DNA of 64,000 bases from Myxococcota bacterium. Lineage in GTDB: Bacteria; Myxococcota_A; UBA796; GCA-2862545. The stretch spans positions 1 through 64,000 of the forward strand of contig JBCCQY010000027.1 in NCBI GenBank assembly GCA_039208735.1. Direction: 5' to 3'. The translations under genes were made by a program, and so were the position numbers. The notes beneath the pieces were generated by a model that worked only from the letters and a program-made list of their open reading frames with translations, was not told where the DNA came from and did not search any database. This document shows, piece by piece, positions 9,865 to 19,807 of this stretch. Numbering within the stretch: position 1 is the first letter of the stretch; each line of letters begins with the position of its first letter.

Positions 9865-11447
9865 CGGGGGCCTTCGTGGTGGTTGAGCCGAGCGAGTGCG
9901 TCGTGGGCAACGTCGAGGCCGGGATCGAGCGCGATGGCATCCTCTAGGCAGCGCCGAACCACGGCAGGATCTTCCTGTGCGGCGTAGAGGCTAATCGCGA
10001 AATTGAAGAGTCGCGGCGCCGAAACCCCGTAGGTGCGTATCGACTCGGCAAACGCATTCCGTGCACGCTCGTCCTCGTCGAGCGCGTACCACACCCGGCC
10101 GAACGCAAAGGCATTGTCGCGGTGTTGGTGCCCTGTGAACACGAGGCGCTCCGCACGCAGCAAACCGGTCCGCACCTCGTCACGAACCTTCGGGTCATCG
10201 CTCTTGGCGGCATCCACCAATGCCTCGGCGTGCACCGACACCATGTCGGGATCCCACCCCACCAACTGCAATACACCCAGAACGGTGGTCGGAGGTAGGG
10301 TGCCGGGCTCTACCTCCTTGAGTGAGTAGGCGGCCAAGGGACTGGCCTCTTGCAGCCATGCGCGTGCGGTCGAGGCCGTCGATGCGGCCCCCGGACCCAT
10401 CACGAGCCCGAGCAACGACAACCCCACCGCGTTGGATGAGCCCCTCACACATCGAGCGCCACGCGATGCTGCGATCTCGGCAAGGAGGTCGAGGTTGACG
10501 TTCATGGAGGTCGACCCGTGATGGTCGAGGTGCGTCGATGCCGCATGCATTTGCGGATCGGGCTGCAAGGGGCCCTTGTCGGCGGTCAGGAAGAGGAACC
10601 GGCCTTGGGTCAGACGCTCGAACCGAGCCACACCCTCGGCCGCCGACGTGGGAACCGAAAGTGGCCCACCCCCTAATTGTGCAGCATAGTCGACCACCAC
10701 ACGGGACAATTCAGGGTCGGAATACGGCGCGTCGGTGACCGGCCCGCGCTCGAAGAAAAGCTCCACCCCGTCCAGATGAAACGCCTCCGCATCAAGGTCG
10801 TGCAACGACGTCAGGCCGACGTGGAGTTCCCGCAGCTCGCCCTCTTCTTCGATGAAGAACAGATCGTGCGGCAGGGAATCCAGCACGTAGTTCGCAATGA
10901 AGATGGCCGGTGCCCGGCCGATGGACTCGACGAACGGCTCATCCGCGACCATGAGCCGATCGTGGATGGGGCCCACGGCTCCGTCGTATAGCGCAAAGTC
11001 GAGTTGCCCCGATGCGACGAACGGCGCGAGTTCGGGGTGGGCGCGCCACCAGGGCAGGTTCTGGTCGGAAAAGTCGGTCATCACGTAGCGAAACGGACGC
11101 GTAGGTTCGCCATAGGCCTCTGCGAACTCAAGCAGATGGGTCAGAACGAGAAACGCGAACCGACCCGTACCCGACCCCAGTTCGACGATGTGGACAGGAC
11201 CTTCGCCCTCGTGGGCCACCGTTTCCACATACTGGAACATGATGCGCGCATAAGCCCTGGCTAAACCGGCGTTCGACGTGATGTAGGATGGAATCCCATG
11301 CGTCAACCACGCACCGACGCCTTCGGCAGCGTAGAACCGTTGATTCAGTGACCAAATCTTCGATTCAGAAAGTCGAACCGGTGGTTCGATACGTCGTCGA
11401 TCCGGCAGGTCCACCAACAGGGGGTTGTTGAACCTTGGTTCATCCAT
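9855..11447 (-). CDS. SAM-dependent methyltransferase (MidA/NDUFAF7-like) with C-terminal TPR
   Basis: IVELGSGTGRF motif I, YVMTDFS, IANYVLDSLP; TPR-like C-terminus; ATG overlaps the upstream stop. Confidence 0.8.
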   Translation of the reverse strand: MDEPRFNNPLLVDLPDRRRIEPPVRLSESKIWSLNQRFYAAEGVGAWLTHGIPSYITSNAGLARAYARIMFQYVETVAHEGEGPVHIVELGSGTGRFAFLVLTHLLEFAEAYGEPTRPFRYVMTDFSDQNLPWWRAHPELAPFVASGQLDFALYDGAVGPIHDRLMVADEPFVESIGRAPAIFIANYVLDSLPHDLFFIEEEGELRELHVGLTSLHDLDAEAFHLDGVELFFERGPVTDAPYSDPELSRVVVDYAAQLGGGPLSVPTSAAEGVARFERLTQGRFLFLTADKGPLQPDPQMHAASTHLDHHGSTSMNVNLDLLAEIAASRGARCVRGSSNAVGLSLLGLVMGPGAASTASTARAWLQEASPLAAYSLKEVEPGTLPPTTVLGVLQLVGWDPDMVSVHAEALVDAAKSDDPKVRDEVRTGLLRAERLVFTGHQHRDNAFAFGRVWYALDEDERARNAFAESIRTYGVSAPRLFNFAISLYAAQEDPAVVRRCLEDAIALDPGLDVAHDALARLNHHEGPRQP

Positions 11448-11970
11448 CGGGGTCTTCGCGGCTCGACGTTCGGCGAGCCTCGTCAACGGCGGCCCGGATT
11501 CCTCGACCGAGGTCTTCAAAGGCCGCCTTCAGGTCACCGGCGGGCTCGGCTGCACGCTCCCGCCATTGGTCGGTGATCCAACGCACGGACCGTCCGAGCC
11601 CCCTCATGAGCGCCTCACGGTCGTTGGCCATTTGCTCGGGAGGCTCGCCGAACACCTCTTCGGGGCTGGGGGGAGGTTTTCGAGGCGCGGTGTCCGTGTC
11701 CTGGTACTCGGGGAGGTTTGCGATGGATTCGTCGCGAACGCCGGCGACGAAGCGTCGAGCCACGGCTCCGGCGGCGTTTAGGCCTTCTTGGACTCGCTGC
11801 TCGATCCAGACCTGCGCCACGGACGCATCGACTTCGAACGGCACCAACGACTCAAGATCGACGCGATGAAGGCCACCCCCCCACTGTGCCACCTCGACGG
11901 GGCCAAGGATCAGGTCCTTGACGTTGTCGACGATGAACCACCGGCTTCGATCCCTGGTGTGAAGCAGCAT
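11440..11970 (-). CDS. hypothetical protein, paralogue of the N-terminal part of 12021-12977
   Basis: Shares HTxDRxRWF.VD, VDLExLxPFEVD and PEEVFG motifs with the neighbouring gene. Confidence 0.75.
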   Translation of the reverse strand: MLLHTRDRSRWFIVDNVKDLILGPVEVAQWGGGLHRVDLESLVPFEVDASVAQVWIEQRVQEGLNAAGAVARRFVAGVRDESIANLPEYQDTDTAPRKPPPSPEEVFGEPPEQMANDREALMRGLGRSVRWITDQWRERAAEPAGDLKAAFEDLGRGIRAAVDEARRTSSREDPDG

Positions 11971-12020
11971 AAGCGGCGCATGTCTAAGGCGTTGTTTGAG
12001 TGGCGTCGAGGAGACACCTG

Positions 12021-12977
12021 TCACTTCGGTAGAGCACCGTCGCCGGGCGTCGAATCGAAGGGAGGGCGCTGTAGACCGGTGACGTCGATGTCGCCAAGGT
12101 CCCATCCCCGGGCCGCGAGATGACCGAGGAATACAGGGGGTAACGCTACGTTGTAGCGCTCGAGGTAGCCCGGCAGGTCGTCTGGCCAGCAATACAGACC
12201 GTCGGTACGGACCGAAGCCGTTCCGATCGCCTCCGCAGACGATTCGAGAACGTCGGCCACCGGTTCGGTCGAAGCCTCGAGCAGCGGCGCTTGTCGAAGG
12301 TACGCCACGATCTGCGGTTGGTGGGCGAGGGGCAGGAACCGACGGGACTCGACCAGGGAGGGTCCTTCGGGATCGCCGTGGGGGAGTTCCCGAAAAAACC
12401 CGACTGGCAGGAGCTGTGGCGGTTTGGTTTCCGCCGGCTCGGCGGCTCGTCGCGCTAATGCCTCGGCAAAGCGCTTGTCCGCATGTTCACGAACCGCCCG
12501 AAGACCTTGGGACAACGACTTCAGCAAGTCGCCGGGGTCGGACCGCGACCCGTTGGGTTCAGCGTCGTCGGGCTGCAGCCGAGCGGTAAGCCACTCGAAG
12601 GCTTGGCCCACCCCCTTTCGGAGCTGTTCAGGGTCCCGATACATTTCGCTTGGGCGAACCCCGAAGACCTCTTCTGGGGTCACCGTGGGCCCCTTAGCGA
12701 CCTCCCGCAGCTCGGCTGAATCGTTGCGCGTCGCTTTTCTTAGGTGCTTCGAAAACCTCCGAAACGCCTGGCCAGCCTTTCGGAAGCCCCTTCGAATGCG
12801 ATCGTCGATCCAGGCTTGACCTGCCGCTTCGTCTACCTCAAACGGGGCTAGGAACTCAAGGTCGACCTCCATCGGCGTTCCTCCGTAACGAACGACGGCG
12901 AACGAGCCGGAAGGAAGCGCTAGGTCTTCGTCAACGAGGAACCATCGATGCCGGTCCTCGGTGTGGAACAGGATCAT
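12021..12977 (-). CDS. two-domain hypothetical protein
   Basis: N-terminal domain is paralogous to 11440-11970; extra C-terminal domain VGFFRELPHG...TDGLYCWPDDL..YLERYNVALP. Confidence 0.8.
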   Translation of the reverse strand: MILFHTEDRHRWFLVDEDLALPSGSFAVVRYGGTPMEVDLEFLAPFEVDEAAGQAWIDDRIRRGFRKAGQAFRRFSKHLRKATRNDSAELREVAKGPTVTPEEVFGVRPSEMYRDPEQLRKGVGQAFEWLTARLQPDDAEPNGSRSDPGDLLKSLSQGLRAVREHADKRFAEALARRAAEPAETKPPQLLPVGFFRELPHGDPEGPSLVESRRFLPLAHQPQIVAYLRQAPLLEASTEPVADVLESSAEAIGTASVRTDGLYCWPDDLPGYLERYNVALPPVFLGHLAARGWDLGDIDVTGLQRPPFDSTPGDGALPK

Positions 12978-13096
12978 CTGGCTGGCCCCTCGCCCCGACT
13001 ATCACGGCGCCGTAGGGTTCAGGCGCCAAGCAATCTTTGCATTATTGACATCCACGTGCCAGTCGGTGAATGCTGCCTCCCATTGGAAGGGTCGCG

Positions 13097-16000
13097 ATGC
13101 CGTCAGACGACGTGAAGTCCAGTTCCCGGAATCGCGCAGAGAGCCATCGGTCCTCGCCCAAGCGCCCGTCTCGCACCGAGGGTGTCGATGCGGTCGCTGT
13201 GCCGAGCCTCGAAACACCGATACGCTCTACCCCCGCTGACGTTGGTAATCGCGTATTCAGCGAAGCGATTGCCGGCGGGCTCGAAGGATTTGGTGAGGTT
13301 GTCGCCGGAGAGACGCTGTACGGAGCCCTGGGGTTGTCCTCCTCTCCGGAGCGGTCGAACACTGCGATGAACACGAGGTTGTCGGGCCAGGTAATGCGGC
13401 GCGCATCGCGTATGGCACCGAGAACCCCGACCACCTCGCTCGCCCAGCTCCTGGCCTCGAGCCGCGGGTTCCCCATTCCTCCGGCCGTTGCGAGCCGAAT
13501 GTCGGGTGCGCTCGGGGTCGACGTCTCGGATGTGGTCTTGCACACCGACGCCTCTGCGGCGGCGGCGGCCCAGTCCATTGGCGCCCTTGCGTTCACCCTT
13601 AGGCGCCACATCTTCTTTGATGCGGGGCGCTATGCCCCTGGCACCGATGCCGGGGACGAGCTGTTGCTGCACGAACTGGTGCACGCCGACCAGTACGCCC
13701 GAGGCCTGCTTGATTCCGCTTCTGGCGATGGCTTTACGGTGTCCCAACCCACCGACTGGGCCGAGGTCGAAGCCACCCAGGTGAGCCAGACCGCCATGAG
13801 CCAGCTCGGCGCCATGGGCAGCCCGCACACCGCGATCGACCATGGTCTTGTCGGTGTCGACCCCGTCCCTGCGGAGTCGACGATTCACACCGACGGTCAG
13901 CTGATGGGAATGTTCGGCTGGGTTGGGGGCATCGTCGAGAGCGGACTCCTTGCGGCGGTTCGGGCCCTGTCGCCAGGGTTCGCCGGAATTCTTGAGAATG
14001 GGATCGGGCCGCTGGTGAGCGACCTGTTCCGCGAGGCGCTCAACGTCTTTTTGTCCAAGGTGCTCAATCCATTCGACATCCAAGGGAGATTCGCCGAAGT
14101 CAACGCGGAGATTCACGCCTTCTTTGGCACCATACAGGGTGTTCTCGAAGGGGAGCCCGGGTGTTGCGAGACGTTCCAGAATTGGCTCGACACCGTGCAG
14201 GGGTTCATGGCGGACCTGTCCCAGGAACCGGTCGTGCGTTCGCTGCTCGATATGGTCGAAGGGTTCGGGGGCGTCGTGGACATGTTCCGCGAGTTTCTCG
14301 GTGGCGCCCCTGGTTTCTTTGACGAACTCCTCGCAGAAGCGAGCGACGAATGGAACGACCTGCTGCGTTTGGTCAACATCGGGCGCAACATCGCGGGTTG
14401 GATTTGGGAGGGCATCTGCGGCCTGATCGGCATTGATCCCGACCAGGGCAGCATCGTGGATTGGCTCATCAGCGAAGTGCGGTCCTGGTTCTCGAGTTCC
14501 ATGGATGACGAGGGGCCAAGCCTCTTCAGTCGCGTGATGTCCTTCGGGTCGACGGTCATCAACATGACGCCGATCGGGTCTCTGCTCGACATCTTCGGAG
14601 CGCTGAAGGGGGTGTGGGACGGGGCGCAGTTCCTTTGGAACAACTGGAATTCCCCCACCCTCATCGAAGATGCGTCGGCCACGAGCCCGGCCCTCGGCAT
14701 CTTCGCGGAGGGCCTGAAGGACGCCGCCGCCTCGGCGGATGAGTTCGGCGCTTGGGTATCGGACTATTTCCCGACGGCCCTCGCGAACATCAACGAGTCA
14801 CTCAACGGGCTCGGCGATGGGTGGCTTGCGTACGGAGCGAAGCTGCTCCTCACCCCGATGCTCGTGCCCCTACAGCTCGGAACCGACTTCGCCATCTGGT
14901 ACGCGCAAGGCGGAGACGGGGTCATGGCCAAGTGGGCCGCCGACGCTTGGGAGCACATCGAACCCTTCACGGAGGTTCTCGGCTTCCTGGTCATGCTGGC
15001 CGCCTCTGCGACGACGGGGATCGGCATGATCCCCGTGATTTTCGCCGGCGTGTGGCGGCTGTTGCCCGACTGTCAGAAGCCGGCCATGCTCGACTTCATT
15101 TTGGATGTCCTGACCGGCGCTGTCGGCTTGCTGGGCAGCATTCCTCTCGTCGATTTGCTGGCCACGGGGTTGATCGGGTTGTTGGAGGCCATTCGGGGCC
15201 AATCCGACGAAGACAAGGTGTTGATCACGAACAACCTGGCCAAGATCCTGACCGGTAGCCCGCAGTTCATCGTCGGTCTGGTGTCGGGGCTCGGCGTGGG
15301 CATGTTCGATGGGGTCAAGGACACCGTCTCGATGCTGTGGATGGTGCTTGACGGCGTGATGACCCTCGTAAGCGGGGCCGCATCGCTGCTCGATACGGTG
15401 CGGGACTACGAGGCAGCGGACGTCGGCGCGGACACGGGCGCCGAGGCGGCAGAAGAACTCGTCCCTACTCCCGACCTCACCGAATACCTGACGAATCTCG
15501 GTGAACGGGTGCGGCCGCCGATCGCGTCGATCGGGCAAGACTTTACGCCGGCATTCCAGGCGATTTTCGGAGGGGGTGACGAGGCTCAGGTCACCTCGAT
15601 TGAGGGACTCGCGGAGCGCATGGGGTCGATGTGGCAGTCGGCCAAAGAGGCGGTTGCCCAAGGCGGTACGCTGATCGGGCAGAAACTGTGCGAAATGCTC
15701 GTTGCGCCGGATGTGGGGTACCAGGTTGGGTATGTGGCTGGCTACGTAGGGGGCGTGCTCGCGGTCGAGGCCTTGATCGCCTTCCTCACGGCGGGTGCCT
15801 TTGTGGCCCTGAAGGCCATTGGCGGTGCGCTGGTCCGATTTGGAACGAATGCGTTCAAGGCGTTCAAGGCATTTGGCAAGCTGGTGCTCGAGCGGCTGAT
15901 GCCGATGTTGCAGCGAATCGGAAGCTCCCCACCGATGCGTCGCCTCATGGGTTCGCTGCGCGAGCTTGCCGACCGGTTGATTCGGGCGTCGGACGACCTC

Positions 16001-18367
16001 ATGGACATCGTGATGCGAGGCCGGCGACGAGGGCGTGCCGCCTCGGCCCCCGCCCCGCGTCCCCGCACCACCCCTGGGGCCTCCACGCCTCGCACGGCGG
16101 GCGCGGCAAAGCGAGGCACACGAGGTCAGAAGCGGCGCGATCGCGACCGTGACGAGGGGCCGGTCGCCCTGCGGAGCAAGGCCCAGACAGCCTCCACCCG
16201 AGCCTGGCGAAAGGCTCGCAAGCGCACGGGCAAACGTTTGGTCCGTCGGGCCGCGCTCGAGAGCATCGTCAAGAAGCTCGGCGGCGTTCGCGGAGGGGTG
16301 AGGTTGCGGCTCGAGGTGGTTGAGGTCCGCAGCCGGTGGCACGTCAAGGCCACGGCCAGCCGAGGGACGAAGCGAGCCATCGCCACCGCTGGCCTTGGCT
16401 GGATCGCCCGGAGCCAGTCGGGCGAACGGTGGTATTGCGCCGACGACATGGGGCCGTTCAACGAAGCCCTCATCGACAGCACTTTCGCTCAGCTCCGCCG
16501 CTCGGATTCGGACGGGCAGGATGACTCGTTGCGCGCGGCCTACAACGAAAAGGTCAAGGAGGCCAAACGGCTCGAACGAAAGGGCCAACGCCGGCTCGAT
16601 CAGAAGGTTCGTGGCCTCGAGATGGACATCAAGATGGAGCCGTTTTCCGGTGTTGAGCGCGACAAGAAGATTCGAACCAAGATTCGCATCGCGCCCAACA
16701 CGACCGAAGAAGATGCCGATGTGGAACTCAACCTCCACAAATTCTGGAAGCGGTTTAAGATCAAGACCCCTACGTCAAGGTCCAAGGTTTTCGAGGCCAA
16801 GAGCAAGGGACTACGCCGCGAGGAGAACTTCCCGAGCCTCGGTACGCCTCCCATGCTCGGCAAAGGCGAAACCTTGCCGGCCTTCGTCGTCAACACGGCG
16901 ACGACGCCTGGGGAAGTCGAAGGAAACATGGCGAGCCGGTATTTCGGTCCGGCGTGGTCCGGGGCGGGGCAGGACTACGAGGAAGCCGCTATCTTCCGCA
17001 CCGCCGTCGTCGTGGGGGTGAACAAGTTCGTCGCCATCAGTGAAGACACGACGCGGGAGCGGGTCGAAGAAGTCAACCAAGCGATCTCAAAGATCAATAC
17101 CAACACGAACTGGACGTATTCGTTCTTCGGGTTTCTTTGGGAGCCCCATTGGTACGAGAAGGGCTCGAAGCGCAGAGTCGCATACATCCGCCAGGAGTAT
17201 AAGAAGGCCTACAACGCGGCAGATGCGAAGGAACGAGGTGAACTCGAAGACGGAAGGAAGGCCCGGGAGAAGGTCAGTGCCAAGACGCTGCCGTACGGTG
17301 ATTTCCGCAATACCGTGATGGAGTCGAAGCCCACCAAGAAGGCGGTAAACCGGCTGTCTCAACACTACGATCCGGTGCATGCGTTGCTTCAGGATGCCGA
17401 CAGCCGCATTCAGGCCCAGTCGGGAAGTGGCGTGCTTGCCGCTTACGACGACATCTTGAAGAAAATGGATCGGCACCCGCTCGTCACCATCGGCATGTAC
17501 CGCGTCAAGGGGTTTGATTGGAGTAAGAAGGGCGACCCTCACCGCCTTCAGCTCACCAAGCTTGGCAACCAACTCGACCAGGCCATTCGCAAAGCGATCG
17601 CCAAGATCGCCCCTGAGATTCTGTACCCAACCGAGCCGAACTCGCTCGTGAAGTTGACGGACAAGACGCACGGTGACGGCGTTCTCGACCGTAAGCCTTT
17701 GCAGAAGGATCTGTTTGGGCACCGCGAGACGGAAGGACAGGTCGCCGGGCGCAACATCCGAGCCGAGAACCGAGTACATTCCAACGTCCACCCTGATCCG
17801 GTCGCGTACCGGCCTGACGCCAGCATCGAGCAGGACACGAAACCCGGCCTGCCCGACGAGCGGGGCTTGACCGTGAGTCAGGAGCAGGTGTGGGCCGCTT
17901 CGGAGGGGAAGCTGAAGCGCGGAGATCGCCTGTTGCCCATGGAGCCAGCCGACCGCAAACATCCCCTGACGGCGATCACCACTCAGTCGCAGACCTACGC
18001 TGACCCTCGCGGTCTCACGCGCGAAACCTGGAAGGCGGATCTGCCACCGGCGGATGCCGACGAGGATGCCGAAAAACAAGATCTGCGGGAGATCTACGAC
18101 CAGGTCGAGCGGTTGTGCCGTGTCCTGGTGGACAGTCCGAGCATTGAAAAAGCGGCGGGCGAGGTCGAGCGAATCGAGGAGCAGGTGCGCGCGTCCGTCG
18201 CGAAGTTGACCGGCCAATATGCCTCGAATCAACGGATGGCTGGACTGATCCGACTTGCCGGCGACGTCGTCCAGAGTATCATCACGTCGCTCACGGCACC
18301 GGAACTCCAGCAGCTGTGGGATGATCTTCGAAAGACGCTCGACGACGTCATGGCCGCGAAGCCCTGA
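13097..18367 (+). CDS. DUF4157 (eCIS core domain) large protein; probable polymorphic toxin
   Basis: Clear DUF4157 signature SDVVLHTD...AAQSIGALAFT...HIFF..GRYAPGT..G.ELLLHELVHADQ; long hydrophobic helical middle; distinct Lys-rich C-terminal domain. Confidence 0.88.
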   Translation: MPSDDVKSSSRNRAESHRSSPKRPSRTEGVDAVAVPSLETPIRSTPADVGNRVFSEAIAGGLEGFGEVVAGETLYGALGLSSSPERSNTAMNTRLSGQVMRRASRMAPRTPTTSLAQLLASSRGFPIPPAVASRMSGALGVDVSDVVLHTDASAAAAAQSIGALAFTLRRHIFFDAGRYAPGTDAGDELLLHELVHADQYARGLLDSASGDGFTVSQPTDWAEVEATQVSQTAMSQLGAMGSPHTAIDHGLVGVDPVPAESTIHTDGQLMGMFGWVGGIVESGLLAAVRALSPGFAGILENGIGPLVSDLFREALNVFLSKVLNPFDIQGRFAEVNAEIHAFFGTIQGVLEGEPGCCETFQNWLDTVQGFMADLSQEPVVRSLLDMVEGFGGVVDMFREFLGGAPGFFDELLAEASDEWNDLLRLVNIGRNIAGWIWEGICGLIGIDPDQGSIVDWLISEVRSWFSSSMDDEGPSLFSRVMSFGSTVINMTPIGSLLDIFGALKGVWDGAQFLWNNWNSPTLIEDASATSPALGIFAEGLKDAAASADEFGAWVSDYFPTALANINESLNGLGDGWLAYGAKLLLTPMLVPLQLGTDFAIWYAQGGDGVMAKWAADAWEHIEPFTEVLGFLVMLAASATTGIGMIPVIFAGVWRLLPDCQKPAMLDFILDVLTGAVGLLGSIPLVDLLATGLIGLLEAIRGQSDEDKVLITNNLAKILTGSPQFIVGLVSGLGVGMFDGVKDTVSMLWMVLDGVMTLVSGAASLLDTVRDYEAADVGADTGAEAAEELVPTPDLTEYLTNLGERVRPPIASIGQDFTPAFQAIFGGGDEAQVTSIEGLAERMGSMWQSAKEAVAQGGTLIGQKLCEMLVAPDVGYQVGYVAGYVGGVLAVEALIAFLTAGAFVALKAIGGALVRFGTNAFKAFKAFGKLVLERLMPMLQRIGSSPPMRRLMGSLRELADRLIRASDDLMDIVMRGRRRGRAASAPAPRPRTTPGASTPRTAGAAKRGTRGQKRRDRDRDEGPVALRSKAQTASTRAWRKARKRTGKRLVRRAALESIVKKLGGVRGGVRLRLEVVEVRSRWHVKATASRGTKRAIATAGLGWIARSQSGERWYCADDMGPFNEALIDSTFAQLRRSDSDGQDDSLRAAYNEKVKEAKRLERKGQRRLDQKVRGLEMDIKMEPFSGVERDKKIRTKIRIAPNTTEEDADVELNLHKFWKRFKIKTPTSRSKVFEAKSKGLRREENFPSLGTPPMLGKGETLPAFVVNTATTPGEVEGNMASRYFGPAWSGAGQDYEEAAIFRTAVVVGVNKFVAISEDTTRERVEEVNQAISKINTNTNWTYSFFGFLWEPHWYEKGSKRRVAYIRQEYKKAYNAADAKERGELEDGRKAREKVSAKTLPYGDFRNTVMESKPTKKAVNRLSQHYDPVHALLQDADSRIQAQSGSGVLAAYDDILKKMDRHPLVTIGMYRVKGFDWSKKGDPHRLQLTKLGNQLDQAIRKAIAKIAPEILYPTEPNSLVKLTDKTHGDGVLDRKPLQKDLFGHRETEGQVAGRNIRAENRVHSNVHPDPVAYRPDASIEQDTKPGLPDERGLTVSQEQVWAASEGKLKRGDRLLPMEPADRKHPLTAITTQSQTYADPRGLTRETWKADLPPADADEDAEKQDLREIYDQVERLCRVLVDSPSIEKAAGEVERIEEQVRASVAKLTGQYASNQRMAGLIRLAGDVVQSIITSLTAPELQQLWDDLRKTLDDVMAAKP

Positions 18368-18384
18368 CCCCGCGTCGGTAGCCC

Positions 18385-19026
18385 ATGGTGAGGCGCATGA
18401 GTGAAGAAGAACTCGCACAACGCGTGGCATCGACAGACCGCCACGACTTTGACGCCATGGTGGAGCTTGTCGAGGCCCTCGCCAAGGCGGGGCGAAGCCG
18501 ACGGCAAGCGCTCGATGAAGCGTATGGAGCCACGTTCCCCGACGAATTCTTCGCCATCGCCAAGGCCCGAACCCGCGACCGAGCGCCGCGCGGTCGTTAT
18601 TCGAACCTGCCGTGGCAGCTCGTTGCGGACGCCCCCAGGCACGACGCTACGTTTCCCCAGGGCCTCGAGGATGCAGCACGGAGCGTCGACCCTGACCTGA
18701 TCCCGCTGCTGATGATTGGGGGCATCGACTACGTGTATGGGGGGAGCTTGCTCTGCTATCGCCTCGACGAGCTTCGCGACGGGCGATCCACCCTGTTCGG
18801 ATTCCACTACAAGTCCATTCCCCCGTACTCGGAGGCGACCAAGTACGGCGAATCACTCATTGCGGTGCTGCTCGACCATTGCCGCGACGAGTACGGGGGG
18901 CTGGAGAGCGAGATCGATGTCCCTTACCGACGGGCGGCGGGTGCGGCGGACGCCTCCGATCTCGAGCGGTCCCACGACCGACTCGCACGCGTTGAAGCCA
19001 TCTATCGGTCGTTGACCCGTTCGTAG
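18385..19026 (+). CDS. candidate immunity protein for the DUF4157 toxin
   Basis: 213 aa gene 17 bp after the toxin stop; YGATFPDEFF is reminiscent of SUKH/SMI1-type immunity N-termini (weak). Confidence 0.6.
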   Translation: MVRRMSEEELAQRVASTDRHDFDAMVELVEALAKAGRSRRQALDEAYGATFPDEFFAIAKARTRDRAPRGRYSNLPWQLVADAPRHDATFPQGLEDAARSVDPDLIPLLMIGGIDYVYGGSLLCYRLDELRDGRSTLFGFHYKSIPPYSEATKYGESLIAVLLDHCRDEYGGLESEIDVPYRRAAGAADASDLERSHDRLARVEAIYRSLTRS

Positions 19027-19067
19027 GAAGCCGCGGCGGGTGCCGTTATTCGCTACGGATCTTCAAG

Positions 19068-19577
19068 TCACCGCAGATAGAGATTTAGCGTCAAGCCTGA
19101 CGTGAACGTGCCGAGGGCAGGGCTCCGTCCGGTGCCGCGGATCAGGTCGACGGCAAGGCCCACGTGACCGGCAATCGAGAGTTCGTCGATCAACCAGACC
19201 TCACCACCGAGCCCTCCCGCTACGCGGAGCCGGCCGTCGAACCCGGCTGCTTCGTTGTCGGAAATCGCCAAGCGCGCCTCTCCGAGGACAAAGGGCGCGA
19301 CCCGTCCGTCTTCGTTCAGGTACACTCGCACCGCCGGAACCAACGCCAGATCGAGGGGTTGGTCATCTTCCGGGTCGAGTCCAAATCCTACATTGATCCC
19401 TAGATTCACGCGGTCACTGACCATCCCCCAAACCCCAGCCGCAGCGTCGAGGGTGTCGTTTCCTCCACCTGGCAGTCCAAATGACAAAGACAGGTCTCCC
19501 GCTGAAGGGCGGTCTTGATCGGCCGCTGCGGCGGGAACGGACCATAGTAGGGCGATTAGACAAGCGAGTCGCGTCAC
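19068..19577 (-). CDS. small outer-membrane beta-barrel protein
   Basis: Signal peptide VTRLACLIALLWSVPAAAA, alternating beta-strand pattern, C-terminal GLTLNLYLR; GGAGA RBS. Confidence 0.75.
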   Translation of the reverse strand: MTRLACLIALLWSVPAAAADQDRPSAGDLSLSFGLPGGGNDTLDAAAGVWGMVSDRVNLGINVGFGLDPEDDQPLDLALVPAVRVYLNEDGRVAPFVLGEARLAISDNEAAGFDGRLRVAGGLGGEVWLIDELSIAGHVGLAVDLIRGTGRSPALGTFTSGLTLNLYLR

Positions 19578-19807
19578 GAGGTCTCCATTGTCATGGGGGG
19601 CGTCGGCCCCCCTCGGATTTCCATGGTGGAACGCGGACCGGATCTGACGCATAAAGCAGTGCTGCAGTTGTTCTTCGAGGGCGCCCGAAGGTATCTAAAC
19701 CGTTGCGGACAGCCCGAGACAGCGCCTCGGGTCCTTCGTGTACGCCGTTCAGCCGACCGCGCCGTACAGCGCGACGAGGGCGTCCAGATCGATGTTCGAG
19801 CCGATCT

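Noticed and set aside
14870..18430. Long minus-strand ORFs (622 aa, 447 aa) opposite the DUF4157 gene
   Set aside because: Antisense shadows typical of high-GC coding DNA; no motifs.
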